NCBI GenBank assembly: GCA_937921305.1
Contig: CAKZSU010000004.1
Span: forward strand, 22,316-86,315
DNA: 64,000 nt
Origin: an uncultured Patescibacteria group bacterium
GTDB taxonomy: Bacteria > Patescibacteriota > Microgenomatia > UBA10105 > UBA927
Direction: 5' to 3'
In this document: positions 39,466-49,388 of the stretch, piece by piece
How the letters are laid out: every line of letters begins with the position of its first letter
Numbering within the stretch: position 1 is the stretch's first letter
The notes under the pieces: model-generated
What the model was told of the DNA's origin: nothing
The model's input: the letters and a program-made list of their open reading frames with translations, nothing else
Database searches by the model: none
Translations under genes and position numbers: made by a program

Positions 39466-39809
39466 AAATGATTCTCGTAAAAGATTCTATATCTATTCAT
39501 GAAGTCATTCGATTAGCAGAGGAGTCTTACGGAGATATGGTAAAAGGTGTTGTTGATATTTGCGATGAAATCATTGTTCTTGGTGGAGAATATCATGCGG
39601 ATGGGGAAGCGACATTGTTAACTATTGGATCGAGACAAGAAAATATTTGGGGTTTCAATCTTTATCCCCGTGTTTCGCGCGATCATTGGATTGAATACAC
39701 ATCGCTGATCAATATTCGTCCAAAGCAAAGAAATTCATCGTATGAAATTCGTGATATTCGTATACGAAATCGTATCAATGAGATTATATTTCAAAAAATT
39801 ATAGTATGA
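39462..39809 (+). CDS. Hypothetical protein, translationally coupled to rnj
   Basis: 115-aa ORF starting in an ATGA overlap with the rnj stop. No family recognised. Confidence 0.4.
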   Translation: MKMILVKDSISIHEVIRLAEESYGDMVKGVVDICDEIIVLGGEYHADGEATLLTIGSRQENIWGFNLYPRVSRDHWIEYTSLINIRPKQRNSSYEIRDIRIRNRINEIIFQKIIV

Positions 39810-40087
39810 GCATCACGAGATTTCCGTTAGCGTTGCAATGGGGTCATGTTGGAAGCGAATTGGTTCGTGCTAATCAACGATATAAGAAAGGAGACATGAG
39901 AGGATACGAATCAAGCATGCTTCGGGTATTGGATATGCTTCATGATATGATTAACGATCATCAAGAAAAGAGAAGATTGGTGAAGGAGTGTTGTTTATTT
40001 CGTGAATTTCTTCTTGAATCTTTTTATCAAAAATCGTTTGTTCCAGAAACGCTTGTTCGATATTGCCAATCGTTTCTTCGAAGTTAA
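39806..40087 (+). CDS. Hypothetical protein
   Basis: 93-aa ORF starting in an ATGA overlap with the previous ORF. It overlaps the convergent typA stop by 4 nt. No family recognised. Confidence 0.35.
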   Translation: MSITRFPLALQWGHVGSELVRANQRYKKGDMRGYESSMLRVLDMLHDMINDHQEKRRLVKECCLFREFLLESFYQKSFVPETLVRYCQSFLRS

Positions 40088-41901
40088 TGGTGTCGATTTG
40101 CTCGTTCTCGATCGACTTTTTTGAGTAGTTTTTTTCGCAACCGAAGATGATTTGGCGTTACTTCTAAAAGTTCATCGTCTTCGATAAAGTCAAGACATTG
40201 CTCAAGCGAAAGTTCAAGAGGAGGTTCAAGAACTGTTGCTATTTCCGCGTTTGAACGAACATTGGTCAATTTTTTTGTTTTCGTGACATTAATTTCTATA
40301 TCCTCTTGACGATTATTAATCCCAATAATCATTCCTTCATAGACATCAACGCCAGGACCGATGAGCGCTTTTCCTCGTCCTTGGACCGTTTCAAGAGCGT
40401 AACTTGTCGATACACCTGATTCGGTTGCAATCAACACGCCGTTTCGAAGATGTTTTACTGGTGGTTCCTCAGGAAAGTATCCAATCATGCGAGACGCGAA
40501 CAACCCATTCCCTCGTGTTTTTGTCAGCATATCGCCGCGGAATCCAATAAGGTTTTTGCTTGAAATTTTGTAGATCATTCTTGTAATACTTCGCTCGTCT
40601 GTTTTTGTGTCAAGGAGTTCTCCTTTTCTTTTTCCTAATTCTTCTGTAATGACACCAATATATTCTTTTGGGATTTCAATCGTGAGTTCTTCAAATGGTT
40701 CATGCTGAACTCCCTCTATCTCTTTTGTGATCACTTCTGGTTTTCCGACCTGAAATTCGTACCCTTCTCGTCGAAGTTGTTCAAATAAAATCGCGAGATG
40801 AAGCTCTCCTCTTCCGGAGAGCAAAAATCCATTGCCATCGGGATTTTCTTCTATCTTTAGTCCCACATTGGTTATTTTTTCTTTTTCGATTCGTTCTTGG
40901 AGTTGTCGAGCTGTCACAAATGTTCCGTCTCGACCAGCGAATGGAGAGGTGTTTGGCTGAAAAAGAATTTTCATTGTTGGTTCTTCAATCGCGATTTTCG
41001 GAAGGCCTGTTTGTATTTCACAATGCGCAAGCGTTTGTCCGATACGAACATCTGGCACGCCTGTTATCGCGATAATATCGCCGGTTATTCCTATCGACAC
41101 TTCTTCCCGTTCAAGTCCTTTACTGGTATAAATATGCTCAACCTTGCATGTCCCCAATCGTTCGTTCTCCATCCATTGATTGACGGTGTCTCCTGCGCGG
41201 AGTGTTCCTTGGATGACTTTTCCTATCGCGTATGTTCCTTTGTATGGGTCAAAATCCATCGATGATACAAGAAGCATGAATGGCTTGTCTTGTTCTCCCT
41301 GCGGGCGCGGAATAGTAGAGAGAATAGTTTCAAACAATGGAGACAAGTCTACTGGTTCTGATGGATCTGATGGAAGATTGTTCCATGCTTTTCCTTCTTT
41401 GCCGATGGTGTAGAGCACAGGAAAATGAAGCTGATCTTCATGGTTGGCAAGATGAAGGAATAATTCCTCGACTTCTCGCAATACTTCGCGAGGTCGCGCG
41501 TCTTTTCTGTCGATTTTGTTGATCACAACGATAATTTTTAGGTTATAATTAAGGGCTTTTTGAAGAACAAAATGAGTTTGAGGAAGTGGTCCTTCGGCTG
41601 CATCAACGATAAGTAACGCGCCATCGGCCATATGGATGACCCGCTCTACTTCTCCGGAAAAATCAGCGTGTCCCGGTGTGTCGATAATATTAATTTTTGT
41701 ATCGTTATAAAACACCGCTGTATTTTTTGCAAGGATTGTGATGCCTTTTTCTCGCTCAAGATCATTGCTGTCAAGTATTGTTGTTTGTTGCATCTCCGCT
41801 TGATTTTCTCGAAACGCGTGCGTTTGTTTAAGCATCCAGTCCACTAGCGTGGTTTTTCCGTGATCGACATGGGCGATAATTGCAATGTTTCGAATGTCCA
41901 T
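40084..41901 (-). CDS. typA: Ribosome-associated GTPase TypA/BipA
   Basis: [34 protein letters not shown], and EF-G-like domains. 605 aa. Confidence 0.9.
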   Translation of the reverse strand: MDIRNIAIIAHVDHGKTTLVDWMLKQTHAFRENQAEMQQTTILDSNDLEREKGITILAKNTAVFYNDTKINIIDTPGHADFSGEVERVIHMADGALLIVDAAEGPLPQTHFVLQKALNYNLKIIVVINKIDRKDARPREVLREVEELFLHLANHEDQLHFPVLYTIGKEGKAWNNLPSDPSEPVDLSPLFETILSTIPRPQGEQDKPFMLLVSSMDFDPYKGTYAIGKVIQGTLRAGDTVNQWMENERLGTCKVEHIYTSKGLEREEVSIGITGDIIAITGVPDVRIGQTLAHCEIQTGLPKIAIEEPTMKILFQPNTSPFAGRDGTFVTARQLQERIEKEKITNVGLKIEENPDGNGFLLSGRGELHLAILFEQLRREGYEFQVGKPEVITKEIEGVQHEPFEELTIEIPKEYIGVITEELGKRKGELLDTKTDERSITRMIYKISSKNLIGFRGDMLTKTRGNGLFASRMIGYFPEEPPVKHLRNGVLIATESGVSTSYALETVQGRGKALIGPGVDVYEGMIIGINNRQEDIEINVTKTKKLTNVRSNAEIATVLEPPLELSLEQCLDFIEDDELLEVTPNHLRLRKKLLKKVDRERANRHH

Positions 41902-41915
41902 AGAACATGTTGATG

Positions 41916-41949
41916 AAAAAATCCCCGGTAGTGTTGGGGATTCTTTTTT
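41916..41949. terminator. Palindromic hairpin flanked by an A-run and a T-run (bidirectional intrinsic-terminator-like) between divergent typA and ftsK starts
   Basis: AAAAAATCCCC-GGTAGTGTT-GGGGATTCTTTTTT. A 7-bp GC-rich stem (41920-41926 / 41936-41942), with six A upstream and six T downstream. Confidence 0.45.
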
Positions 41950-41980
41950 ATAGGATAGTATCTATTGTATCAGATTTTTA

Positions 41981-42008
41981 TTGCTAATACGAGAGGATGG
42001 AGTATACT
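41981..42008 (+). promoter_or_regulatory. Sigma70-like promoter for ftsK (TTGCTA, 16-nt spacer, TATACT) ending about 13 nt before the likely start
   Basis: TTGCTA at 41981-41986, TATACT at 42003-42008. Likely start ATG at 42022. Confidence 0.35.
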
Positions 42009-42021
42009 AGGTACACATACT

Positions 42022-44229
42022 ATGGGAGCAATAAAACGGAAAGCGATGAAAAAACGGCATTATAGAAGGAGAAGCGCGCCCCCGTTTACCGTAAAAAAAG
42101 AAACGATGTACACAGTCGGCGCGATTTGGTTTTGGCTGATTGCCGGAACAATTACGCTTGCGTTTTTTAGCGACGCTTCACTGCTAACGAGGATACGAGA
42201 AGAACTGATTGGATATGTTGGCTGGGGAATGTATGGAATACCTCCTTATCTTGTGCTATTGAGTCTGTTGTTTTTCAGGATGAAGTCGCCAGTCGCTCAA
42301 CCGCCAGTTTCTCTAGGTGTGAGTCTTCTTTTTCTCTCGATTCTTTCGTTGACGCAACAAGGGGTTGTCGGCGAATCGCTCTTTGATCTCGTCGCGTCTC
42401 GCATCAGCGCGCAGGGAGGCGTGTTTGTCTATATTACAACCTTTGTTATTGGTCTTTTACTTACTTTTAATAGCTCCTTGGATAAAATGGTTGAGTTTCT
42501 CTTGCTTGTTGCGCAACGGATTGTTGAGGGATTTGGGCATATCCTTTTTGGTCTATTTGCAAAAAAAGATCGTCCGCAGGGTGTTGTGATTCGTCAACCA
42601 TTACAGCGAAAAGATTTAGACCAAGAAGAACAACATAATGTGTCTCAGCGAAACGAAGAAAAACGAAAGGCAGAGATCTCTCCAAAAATTTCGACAGCGC
42701 CGTTCCAGCAAAAAACACTTGTTGACATTCGTGATGATGTGAAAATTTCTATTCCCCTTGCGAATCAGCAAGGAAGTTTAGCGTTGTGGCAATATCCGCC
42801 AATTAGTTTGTTATCAGACGGTCCAGCTAGCAAAGTTGATCGAGGCGATTTGGGGAAGAATGGAAATATTATCGTTGAAACGCTTCAGAGTTTTGGTATT
42901 CGAGCGCAAGTTCGAGAAATTAACGCAGGTCCTGCGGTGACGCAATATGCGTTAGAGATTCCGTTAGGGACAAAAGTGTCAAAAATTACATCACTATCAA
43001 GCGATTTGGCGTTGGCGCTTGCAGCGCCGACCGGCGCTGTTCGCATCGAAGCGCCGATTCCAGGAAAAAGTTTGATTGGCATTGAAATTCCAAATAGAGG
43101 ATTGGAGTTTGTAACGCTTAAGCATATGTTGAAATCTCAGGTGCTCCGCGAAGCAAAGAGTAAGTTAACCGTTCCCCTTGGACTTGATGTGTCCGGAAAA
43201 GATGTGGTTGCGGATATCGCCAAAATGCCTCATGTGCTTATTGCTGGAACAACAGGATCGGGAAAGTCTGTGTTGGTGAATGTGTGGATCGCGTCGCTTT
43301 TGTTTCGAACAACGCCGGCGGAGGTTCGCATCATCATGATTGATCCAAAACGAGTGGAGCTTGCTGGGTACAATGGCGTTCCTCATCTCCTCACGCCGGT
43401 GATTGTTGAGATTGACAAAATTTTATCCAGTCTTCGATGGGCAGTCGCGGAAATGGAGAATAGATACAATAAATTTGCCGAAGTTGGCGTCCGAAATATT
43501 GAAGGATTTAACGAGCTTTCCGGTTTTCAAGCAATGCCATATATTGTCATTTTCATTGACGAGCTTGCCGATCTTATGGCGTACGCTCCATCTGAAGTGG
43601 AAGACGCGATTTGTCGATTGGCGCAAAAAGCGAGAGCAGCTGGTATACATCTTGTTCTTGCGACGCAACGTCCAAGTGTTGATGTCATTACCGGTCTGAT
43701 TAAAGCGAATATTCCAACAAGAATCGCGTTTAATGTGTCTTCTATGGTTGATTCTCGCGTGATTATTGATACGCCCGGAGCAGAAAAGTTGTTGGGAAGG
43801 GGAGACATGCTGTATATCCCCGTGGATTCCTCAAAGCCAACGAGAATTCAAGGCGTGTATGTTTCTGAAAAAGAAATCGCTGCGCTTGTTGACTTTTTGA
43901 AAGAGAAGAATCTGCCGGTCGCTTATACAGAAGAAGTGCTCAATCAAAATGCCAGCGTTTTGGGGAAAAAGGGTGGCATTTTAGGAAGAACGCAGCGAGA
44001 TCCGTTATTTGATGAAGTTGCGCGATTTGTCATGCAACACGATAAAGCGTCGACATCTCAGCTTCAACGAAAATTCGCGTTGGGATTTAACAGAGCCGGG
44101 AAGTTGATGGATCAATTAGAGGAAGCGGGGATTGTCGGACCTAATATGGGAAGTAAGCCGAGGGATGTTCTCATCAGAAGTTATGAAGAGTTTTTAGCGA
44201 CGCAGGAACAATCCAAAGATTCACAATGA
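42022..44229 (+). CDS. ftsK: DNA translocase FtsK/SpoIIIE
   Basis: N-terminal TM helices, motor-domain Walker A AGTTGSGKSV, C-terminal gamma wHTH (TSQLQRKFALGFNRAGKLMDQLEEAGIVGP). Start placed at MGAIKRK; the ORF caller's start was 41965. Confidence 0.85.
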   Translation: MGAIKRKAMKKRHYRRRSAPPFTVKKETMYTVGAIWFWLIAGTITLAFFSDASLLTRIREELIGYVGWGMYGIPPYLVLLSLLFFRMKSPVAQPPVSLGVSLLFLSILSLTQQGVVGESLFDLVASRISAQGGVFVYITTFVIGLLLTFNSSLDKMVEFLLLVAQRIVEGFGHILFGLFAKKDRPQGVVIRQPLQRKDLDQEEQHNVSQRNEEKRKAEISPKISTAPFQQKTLVDIRDDVKISIPLANQQGSLALWQYPPISLLSDGPASKVDRGDLGKNGNIIVETLQSFGIRAQVREINAGPAVTQYALEIPLGTKVSKITSLSSDLALALAAPTGAVRIEAPIPGKSLIGIEIPNRGLEFVTLKHMLKSQVLREAKSKLTVPLGLDVSGKDVVADIAKMPHVLIAGTTGSGKSVLVNVWIASLLFRTTPAEVRIIMIDPKRVELAGYNGVPHLLTPVIVEIDKILSSLRWAVAEMENRYNKFAEVGVRNIEGFNELSGFQAMPYIVIFIDELADLMAYAPSEVEDAICRLAQKARAAGIHLVLATQRPSVDVITGLIKANIPTRIAFNVSSMVDSRVIIDTPGAEKLLGRGDMLYIPVDSSKPTRIQGVYVSEKEIAALVDFLKEKNLPVAYTEEVLNQNASVLGKKGGILGRTQRDPLFDEVARFVMQHDKASTSQLQRKFALGFNRAGKLMDQLEEAGIVGPNMGSKPRDVLIRSYEEFLATQEQSKDSQ

Positions 44230-44276
44230 ACCGCCTTCTTACGGTTCGATCATGCTTCTTAGAGCAATTTTTTACT

Positions 44277-44939
44277 ATGAAAACAGTTGGACAGCTATTA
44301 AAAGAAAAGCGTCTTGAGAAGGATATCTCTCTTGAGCTTGTTGAGCAAGAGACAAAAATACGAAAAAAGTTTTTGAAATATATCGAAGACGACGCGTTCC
44401 ATTTGCTTCCAGATCAAACATACGCCCAGGGATTTATCAAAAATTATGCGGAATACCTTGGATTGAACAGTAGAACTATTATGGCATTTTTTCGTCGTCA
44501 AACGCGAGTTTCTTCAAAACCTTCAACTGCGATTGTTCCAAAGGGATTTATTGATGAATCTATCGTTTCCCCTCGCTATGTGGTGACGCCAGCTAAGGCT
44601 ATTATGATCGTTCTGATTAGTATCGCTGGTATATTTTTATTATATTTTGGATATCAATATTATATATCTCGCAATCCTCCTGCTGTCGTTTTGGAGTCTC
44701 CGCAAGAAGGCATGGTTACATCGGGTAAGCGTGTTGAAGTTATTGGAAAGACAGATACAGACGCAACAGTAATGATTAACGGTATTGGCGCGCTCGTTCG
44801 AAGCGATGGGCGTTTTTTTGATCAAGTCGCGGTGTTTCCCGGAGAGAACACGATCACAATCACGGCGACATCTCGCTACGGAAAATCAACAGTTGTCTCT
44901 CGGACTGTAATAGTGAAAGAAGATCAAGAGCAACAATAA
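44277..44939 (+). CDS. rodZ: RodZ-like cytoskeleton protein (XRE HTH + TM + C-terminal domain)
   Basis: MKTVGQLLKEKRLEKDISLELVEQETKIRKKFLKYIEDDAFHLLP...GFIKNYAEYLGL matches the RodZ HTH. Single TM, then a beta-rich C-terminal domain. Confidence 0.55.
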   Translation: MKTVGQLLKEKRLEKDISLELVEQETKIRKKFLKYIEDDAFHLLPDQTYAQGFIKNYAEYLGLNSRTIMAFFRRQTRVSSKPSTAIVPKGFIDESIVSPRYVVTPAKAIMIVLISIAGIFLLYFGYQYYISRNPPAVVLESPQEGMVTSGKRVEVIGKTDTDATVMINGIGALVRSDGRFFDQVAVFPGENTITITATSRYGKSTVVSRTVIVKEDQEQQ

Positions 44940-44988
44940 ATCGATTTTCCTGTTTGCTATTCGAATAGCATATGATTATGATAGATTT

Positions 44989-45249
44989 ATGGATCCTGTC
45001 CAAACAGTAATTATCGCGATTTCTATTGTTCTTACCTCTGTATTTATCGCGTTGGGGATTCAAGTATGGTTTATCTTAAAAGAAGTTCGCGGGAGTTTTC
45101 AGCGGTTTAACAAAATGCTTGACGACGCGGGAAAAGTCACAGAAGCTGTGGGAGAAGGCATGACAAATATGACAGGACTGATCAATGGTATTAAAGCAGG
45201 TCTTTCGTTGGCGTCTTCTATGAGAAAGAAAGGAGAAGATCATGAATGA
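44989..45249 (+). CDS. Small membrane protein, DUF948-like
   Basis: N-terminal TM followed by a helical region. Typical genomic partner of YtxH-like proteins. Confidence 0.4.
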   Translation: MDPVQTVIIAISIVLTSVFIALGIQVWFILKEVRGSFQRFNKMLDDAGKVTEAVGEGMTNMTGLINGIKAGLSLASSMRKKGEDHE

Positions 45250-45631
45250 ACGACAGCATCCTGACCCAAAATTTTTGTTCGGATTTTTTATTGGCGGAAT
45301 TATTGGTGCGTTGGTTATCTTTTTTCTTGGAACAAAAGAAGGGAAAAAAACAGGAAAACTTCTTGAAGAAAAAGGCAAAGATTTTCTTGATGAATTGCAG
45401 GAGAAAATTCAAGAATTGGAATCTCAAGGAAAAGATCTTGTGAAGAAAGGAGAAGCGTTGCGAGAACAAGTGGTTGAACAGTTGGAAGAAAAGAAAGAGC
45501 AGCTCACGCAAGAAGCGACACAAAAAATCGACTCGGCGCTTGCGCACATCGAATCGCTTCAAGAGCGCGGATTAGAAACCACAGCAACGATACGAAAGCG
45601 GTTCTTCAAAAACATTCCAAAGAAAAAATAA
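45242..45631 (+). CDS. YtxH-like membrane-anchored coiled-coil protein
   Basis: FLFGFFIGGIIGALVIFFLG glycine-zipper TM followed by a KE-rich coiled coil. Confidence 0.45.
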   Translation: MNERQHPDPKFLFGFFIGGIIGALVIFFLGTKEGKKTGKLLEEKGKDFLDELQEKIQELESQGKDLVKKGEALREQVVEQLEEKKEQLTQEATQKIDSALAHIESLQERGLETTATIRKRFFKNIPKKK

Positions 45632-45663
45632 TATTGGCAAAGCCATGATGTATTCATGATATA

Positions 45664-47520
45664 ATGGGTGCCATGAATGCTTCCGTGATTCGCTCTCGAT
45701 ATCTTGCATTTTTTCGAGAGCGAGGCCACAAAGAAATTCCATCAGCTCCTCTTGTGCCGGAAAACGACCCAACGACGCTTTTTACCAGCTCAGGGATGCA
45801 ACCGTTGGTGCCATACTTGTTGGGTCAGCCGCATCCATTAGGAAAACGACTTGTGAATAGTCAAAAATGCGTCCGTTTTCAGGATATCGATGAAGTGGGA
45901 GATAATAGACACACGACATTTTTTGAAATGTTGGGCAATTGGTCGTTAGGAGATTATTTTAAGCGCGATCAGCTTCCGTGGATATTTACTTTTTTAACGC
46001 AGGAGATTGGACTTGATCCTCGTCGATTATATGTTACGGTGTTTGAGGGAGATGCGTCTGTTTCAAAAGACACAGAATCTATCGCGATTTGGAAAGAACT
46101 GTTTGCGTCTGTTGGAATTGATGCGAAAGAGGGGGAGCGAATATTCGCATACCCTGCGAAAAAGAACTGGTGGAGCAGAGCGGGAGAGCCACAGTATATG
46201 CCGCCCGGCGAACCAGGAGGGCCGGATAGTGAAGTATTTTTTGACTTTGGCGAACATCGTCGATTACATGAGCAGTCTCTGTGGAACGATCAGCCGTGCC
46301 ATCCGAATTGCGACTGTGGCAGATTTATGGAAATTGGCAACTCCGTGTTTATGCAATATCAAAAGAAAGCGGATGGAAGTATTCAGGAGTTGCCGCAAAA
46401 AAATGTGGACTTTGGCGGAGGATTAGAGCGAATTGCGGCCGCAGCGAATGATAATCCTGATGTATTTTTAATTGACCTTTTCTCTCCAATGATCAGCATC
46501 CTTGAACAATGCTCGCGAACTTCTTATGGGCAAAATCAAGAGCCAACGAAGTCAATGCGGATTATCGCTGATCATCTTCGCGCGTTGATTATGATGATTG
46601 TTGACGGCGTTCTTCCTTCTAACAAGCATCAGGGATATGCGTTGCGTCGTCTTATTCGGCGATCGTTGCTTCACGCGAAAATATTGCGTATCGCTGACAT
46701 GACATATCTTTCAGAAATAACGGAACAAGTTGTTGACGCATATCGTGATCCGTATCCGTCGATTGTTGAGTGTCGACAAACAATTATCGATACGCTCCAT
46801 GAAGAATCAACACGATTCGCAAAGACATTGGAGCGCGGAATGAAAGAAATTGAATCTGCCGATGTGATTGATGGGAAGCTTGCGTTTCATCTCTATGAAT
46901 CTTTTGGGTTTCCATGGGAAATGACGGTTGAGATCGCATCAAATCGCGGTCAGACCATTGATCGAAAACAATTTGAAGACGAGTTTAGAAAACATCAAGA
47001 ACTATCTCGAACAGCATCTGCCGGCATGTTTAAAGGGGGATTGGTTGATCATAGCGAAGAAACAACTCGTCTTCATACAGCGCATCATTTGTTTCTTGCG
47101 GCATTGCAAAAGATCGTCGATCCGTCGATTCGGCAGCGAGGGAGCAATATCACGGCGGAACGATTGCGAATCGATGTAAATTTGCAGAGACCATTAACAG
47201 AAGAAGATCGACATCGCGTTGAGGAGCTTGTGAATAAAAAAATACGAGAGGGATTACCGGTAATTCGTGTTGACATGGAGAAGAAAGAAGCGGAAAAAAT
47301 CGGCGCACAAATGGAATTTGGGAAGAAATATCCAGATCGCGTCAGTGTCTATTTTATTGGATCGCAAGATAACTTTTTTTCCGCAGAGTTTTGCGGCGGA
47401 CCGCATGTCAACAACACGAGCGAGATTGCGAACGAAGGGCAGGTATTTAAAATTTTTAAGGAAGAAGCCATCGGACACGGGGTTCGAAGATTTAAGGCGG
47501 GGATTGTGTCTGTGGTATAA
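45664..47520 (+). CDS. alaS: Alanyl-tRNA synthetase, truncated form (aminoacylation + editing domains, no C-Ala domain)
   Basis: Class II AlaRS N-terminus (FFRERGHKEIPSAPLVP, NDPTTLFTSSGM, FEMLGNWSLGDYFK). Editing-domain HTAHHLFLAAL (HxxxH) and FCGGPHV (CGGxHV) motifs. 618 aa. Confidence 0.85.
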   Translation: MGAMNASVIRSRYLAFFRERGHKEIPSAPLVPENDPTTLFTSSGMQPLVPYLLGQPHPLGKRLVNSQKCVRFQDIDEVGDNRHTTFFEMLGNWSLGDYFKRDQLPWIFTFLTQEIGLDPRRLYVTVFEGDASVSKDTESIAIWKELFASVGIDAKEGERIFAYPAKKNWWSRAGEPQYMPPGEPGGPDSEVFFDFGEHRRLHEQSLWNDQPCHPNCDCGRFMEIGNSVFMQYQKKADGSIQELPQKNVDFGGGLERIAAAANDNPDVFLIDLFSPMISILEQCSRTSYGQNQEPTKSMRIIADHLRALIMMIVDGVLPSNKHQGYALRRLIRRSLLHAKILRIADMTYLSEITEQVVDAYRDPYPSIVECRQTIIDTLHEESTRFAKTLERGMKEIESADVIDGKLAFHLYESFGFPWEMTVEIASNRGQTIDRKQFEDEFRKHQELSRTASAGMFKGGLVDHSEETTRLHTAHHLFLAALQKIVDPSIRQRGSNITAERLRIDVNLQRPLTEEDRHRVEELVNKKIREGLPVIRVDMEKKEAEKIGAQMEFGKKYPDRVSVYFIGSQDNFFSAEFCGGPHVNNTSEIANEGQVFKIFKEEAIGHGVRRFKAGIVSVV

Positions 47521-47870
47521 GTATTGGTGTCTATTACCCTAGGTTATTTTCTAATTACTTGGGCATTTTGGGTGTTGCATGTTTTTGTAAATTATTCTTC
47601 GCAGATAGTTCTTATCTTCTATTGGAGAGGTATTTGATGAAGTTGATACATATCCATACATTCTCATCTTTTTCCCAAGTTTTTTAGATTACCGTTTATT
47701 CGACATGCGAAAAAGAATATGATATAGAAAAATAAGGTTTTTTAAGAAACTCTTTGATTCTCATCATTGAATAAAGCGAAAGGATTGACATGATAAAACA
47801 TGGATTAAGAATCGTTAAAATTTTTGCTTCCATTGTATGAATTTTCGCTGTTATAATTTCAATTATTTAT

Positions 47871-48134
47871 GTGATATTTGTTCCTTATATATCAGCGTTT
47901 TTATACAATCAGAGTGAAATAGCATTTAGGCAAAATGCACTACAGTTTCTGAAAGATTCTCAAGAGATTGAAGATTTAATAGGGCGGAGAAAGAGAATAT
48001 CGGCTTCCATGCCAAAAGATTTTATGGATTTAAGAAATCTTTCAGAAGAAGTAATGAAAAAGTTTAACAATCAAGAATCTATATTGGCTGTGACGATGGA
48101 TCTTTTATTACGGCAAGAAGAGTACTATTATTAG
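47871..48134 (+). CDS. Hypothetical small ORF in the low-GC island (possibly the 5' part of a frameshifted gene continuing to 48454)
   Basis: 87-aa ORF preceded by an extended -10 (TGTTATAAT, 47846-47854). An open frame-2 region from 48068 to 48454 overlaps its 3' end. Confidence 0.25.
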   Translation: MIFVPYISAFLYNQSEIAFRQNALQFLKDSQEIEDLIGRRKRISASMPKDFMDLRNLSEEVMKKFNNQESILAVTMDLLLRQEEYYY

Positions 48135-48235
48135 AGGATCGTTTAACACAATACCGTGCAAAGAAAGTTTCTTGGATTCATGCTGAAAGGGAGTATGTAA
48201 CGCATTTTAAGAAAATAAAACAAATTGAATATAAA

Positions 48236-48454
48236 GTGTTTGATCTTTCGTTGAGACCTTATGATCTTTTGCCTTTGATTAATATTCCTGAATCAATGGA
48301 TCAAGGCGAGTGGATGAATAACTCTCAACAAGCCAGGATTCTTGCTCAGAGATCAAGAGAAGATATACAAAGGGCGATAGAGGAGAGTGTCTTGACACAA
48401 GAATATGCGAGTTATCTCTTAGACCATTTATCGTATGTTGATAGTATTGCCTAG
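48236..48454 (+). CDS. Hypothetical small ORF (GTG start as called; the frame is open back to 48068)
   Basis: 72 aa as called. No Met precedes the GTG in this frame although the frame is open back to 48068, suggesting gene decay or a frameshift relative to the previous ORF. Confidence 0.2.
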   Translation: MFDLSLRPYDLLPLINIPESMDQGEWMNNSQQARILAQRSREDIQRAIEESVLTQEYASYLLDHLSYVDSIA

Positions 48455-48481
48455 TTAAATTTTCGCGCTTTTTCTGGAGAA

Positions 48482-48649
48482 ATGACCAGGAAACAATGGA
48501 AAAGAGATTTCAAAGCGATAAACGAGAAAAGACAAGTAGATTCAATTGATGTATACATGGAGCTTGTAAAAACTTGGAGAGAAGCTGTTGTAAAGCCGTT
48601 CGAAGATAAAAAAATGAATTATACAAAAAGAAAGAAACAGCGTATCTAG
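48482..48649 (+). CDS. Hypothetical 55-aa basic protein (below the ORF-track length cutoff)
   Basis: ATG-initiated ORF MTRKQWKRDFKAINEKRQ..., read directly from the sequence. Confidence 0.2.
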   Translation: MTRKQWKRDFKAINEKRQVDSIDVYMELVKTWREAVVKPFEDKKMNYTKRKKQRI

Positions 48650-48651
48650 AA

Positions 48652-48975
48652 ATGATTCATTCCGAAGATGCCGCTCCGGTTCTCGCTGATGCTATTACGT
48701 TGTTTCTTATAGAAAGAGGCATAATCAAGATTCCTAACATTGAGGAAAAAGAAGCAACGAGTGGCATTTTGCTTCCGTCCGAAATTGAAATATTGACAAA
48801 TATGCTGAGGGATCCAGATATTCTCTTTGTTCGAGACGCGATCAATAAATACTTAACAAATAACAAGGATATATGCATAAAACCCGAAGCATTGAAGAAA
48901 AATGAGCAAGGGAGTGTTTTGTCTGGTCTTGATTTTTTTGACCCAAAATATTACGGAAGCAAATTAGTCCTATAG
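48652..48975 (+). CDS. Hypothetical protein in the low-GC island
   Basis: 107-aa ORF. No family recognised. Confidence 0.3.
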   Translation: MIHSEDAAPVLADAITLFLIERGIIKIPNIEEKEATSGILLPSEIEILTNMLRDPDILFVRDAINKYLTNNKDICIKPEALKKNEQGSVLSGLDFFDPKYYGSKLVL

Positions 48976-49359
48976 ACAAAGGCATTCTAAGCAAGAATAC
49001 AAATTACATTCGCGTGTTGTTTGTAGATGTTCCAGATAGAATTTTTACAGTACATGTTAGAATATAGGTGGCAATCGTTGTATGACAGCTTTTTTAGTAA
49101 TGAAGATCAAAAGGAAGATGCAAATTTATTGTTTCAACAGTATAGACAATATTTTTTGATCAAAAATACTCTCTTTGATGACAAATGAGATTGAACGTAT
49201 TGAAGTTATGGTTTCATCCATTCTAAACAATCGTTAATATCCTATATGTATGATGTTGTTATGTCGAAGGAATCTAGTGGGGATAGGCGATTGTTTTTAG
49301 TGTTAAATTTTTAATTTTCATTAAATCTATAAGCAAAGAAAGCATATCGTATTTTTAAG

Positions 49360-49388
49360 TTGCCTATCATTTGTCAGACTGCTACTAT
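49360..49388 (+). promoter_or_regulatory. Sigma70-like promoter (TTGCCT, 17-nt spacer, TACTAT) abutting the start of the 749-aa protein gene
   Basis: TTGCCT at 49360-49365, TACTAT at 49383-49388. In-frame ATGs at 49391, 49397 and 49400; only the latter two are compatible with a TSS about 7 nt downstream of the -10, which would be leaderless. Confidence 0.4.
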
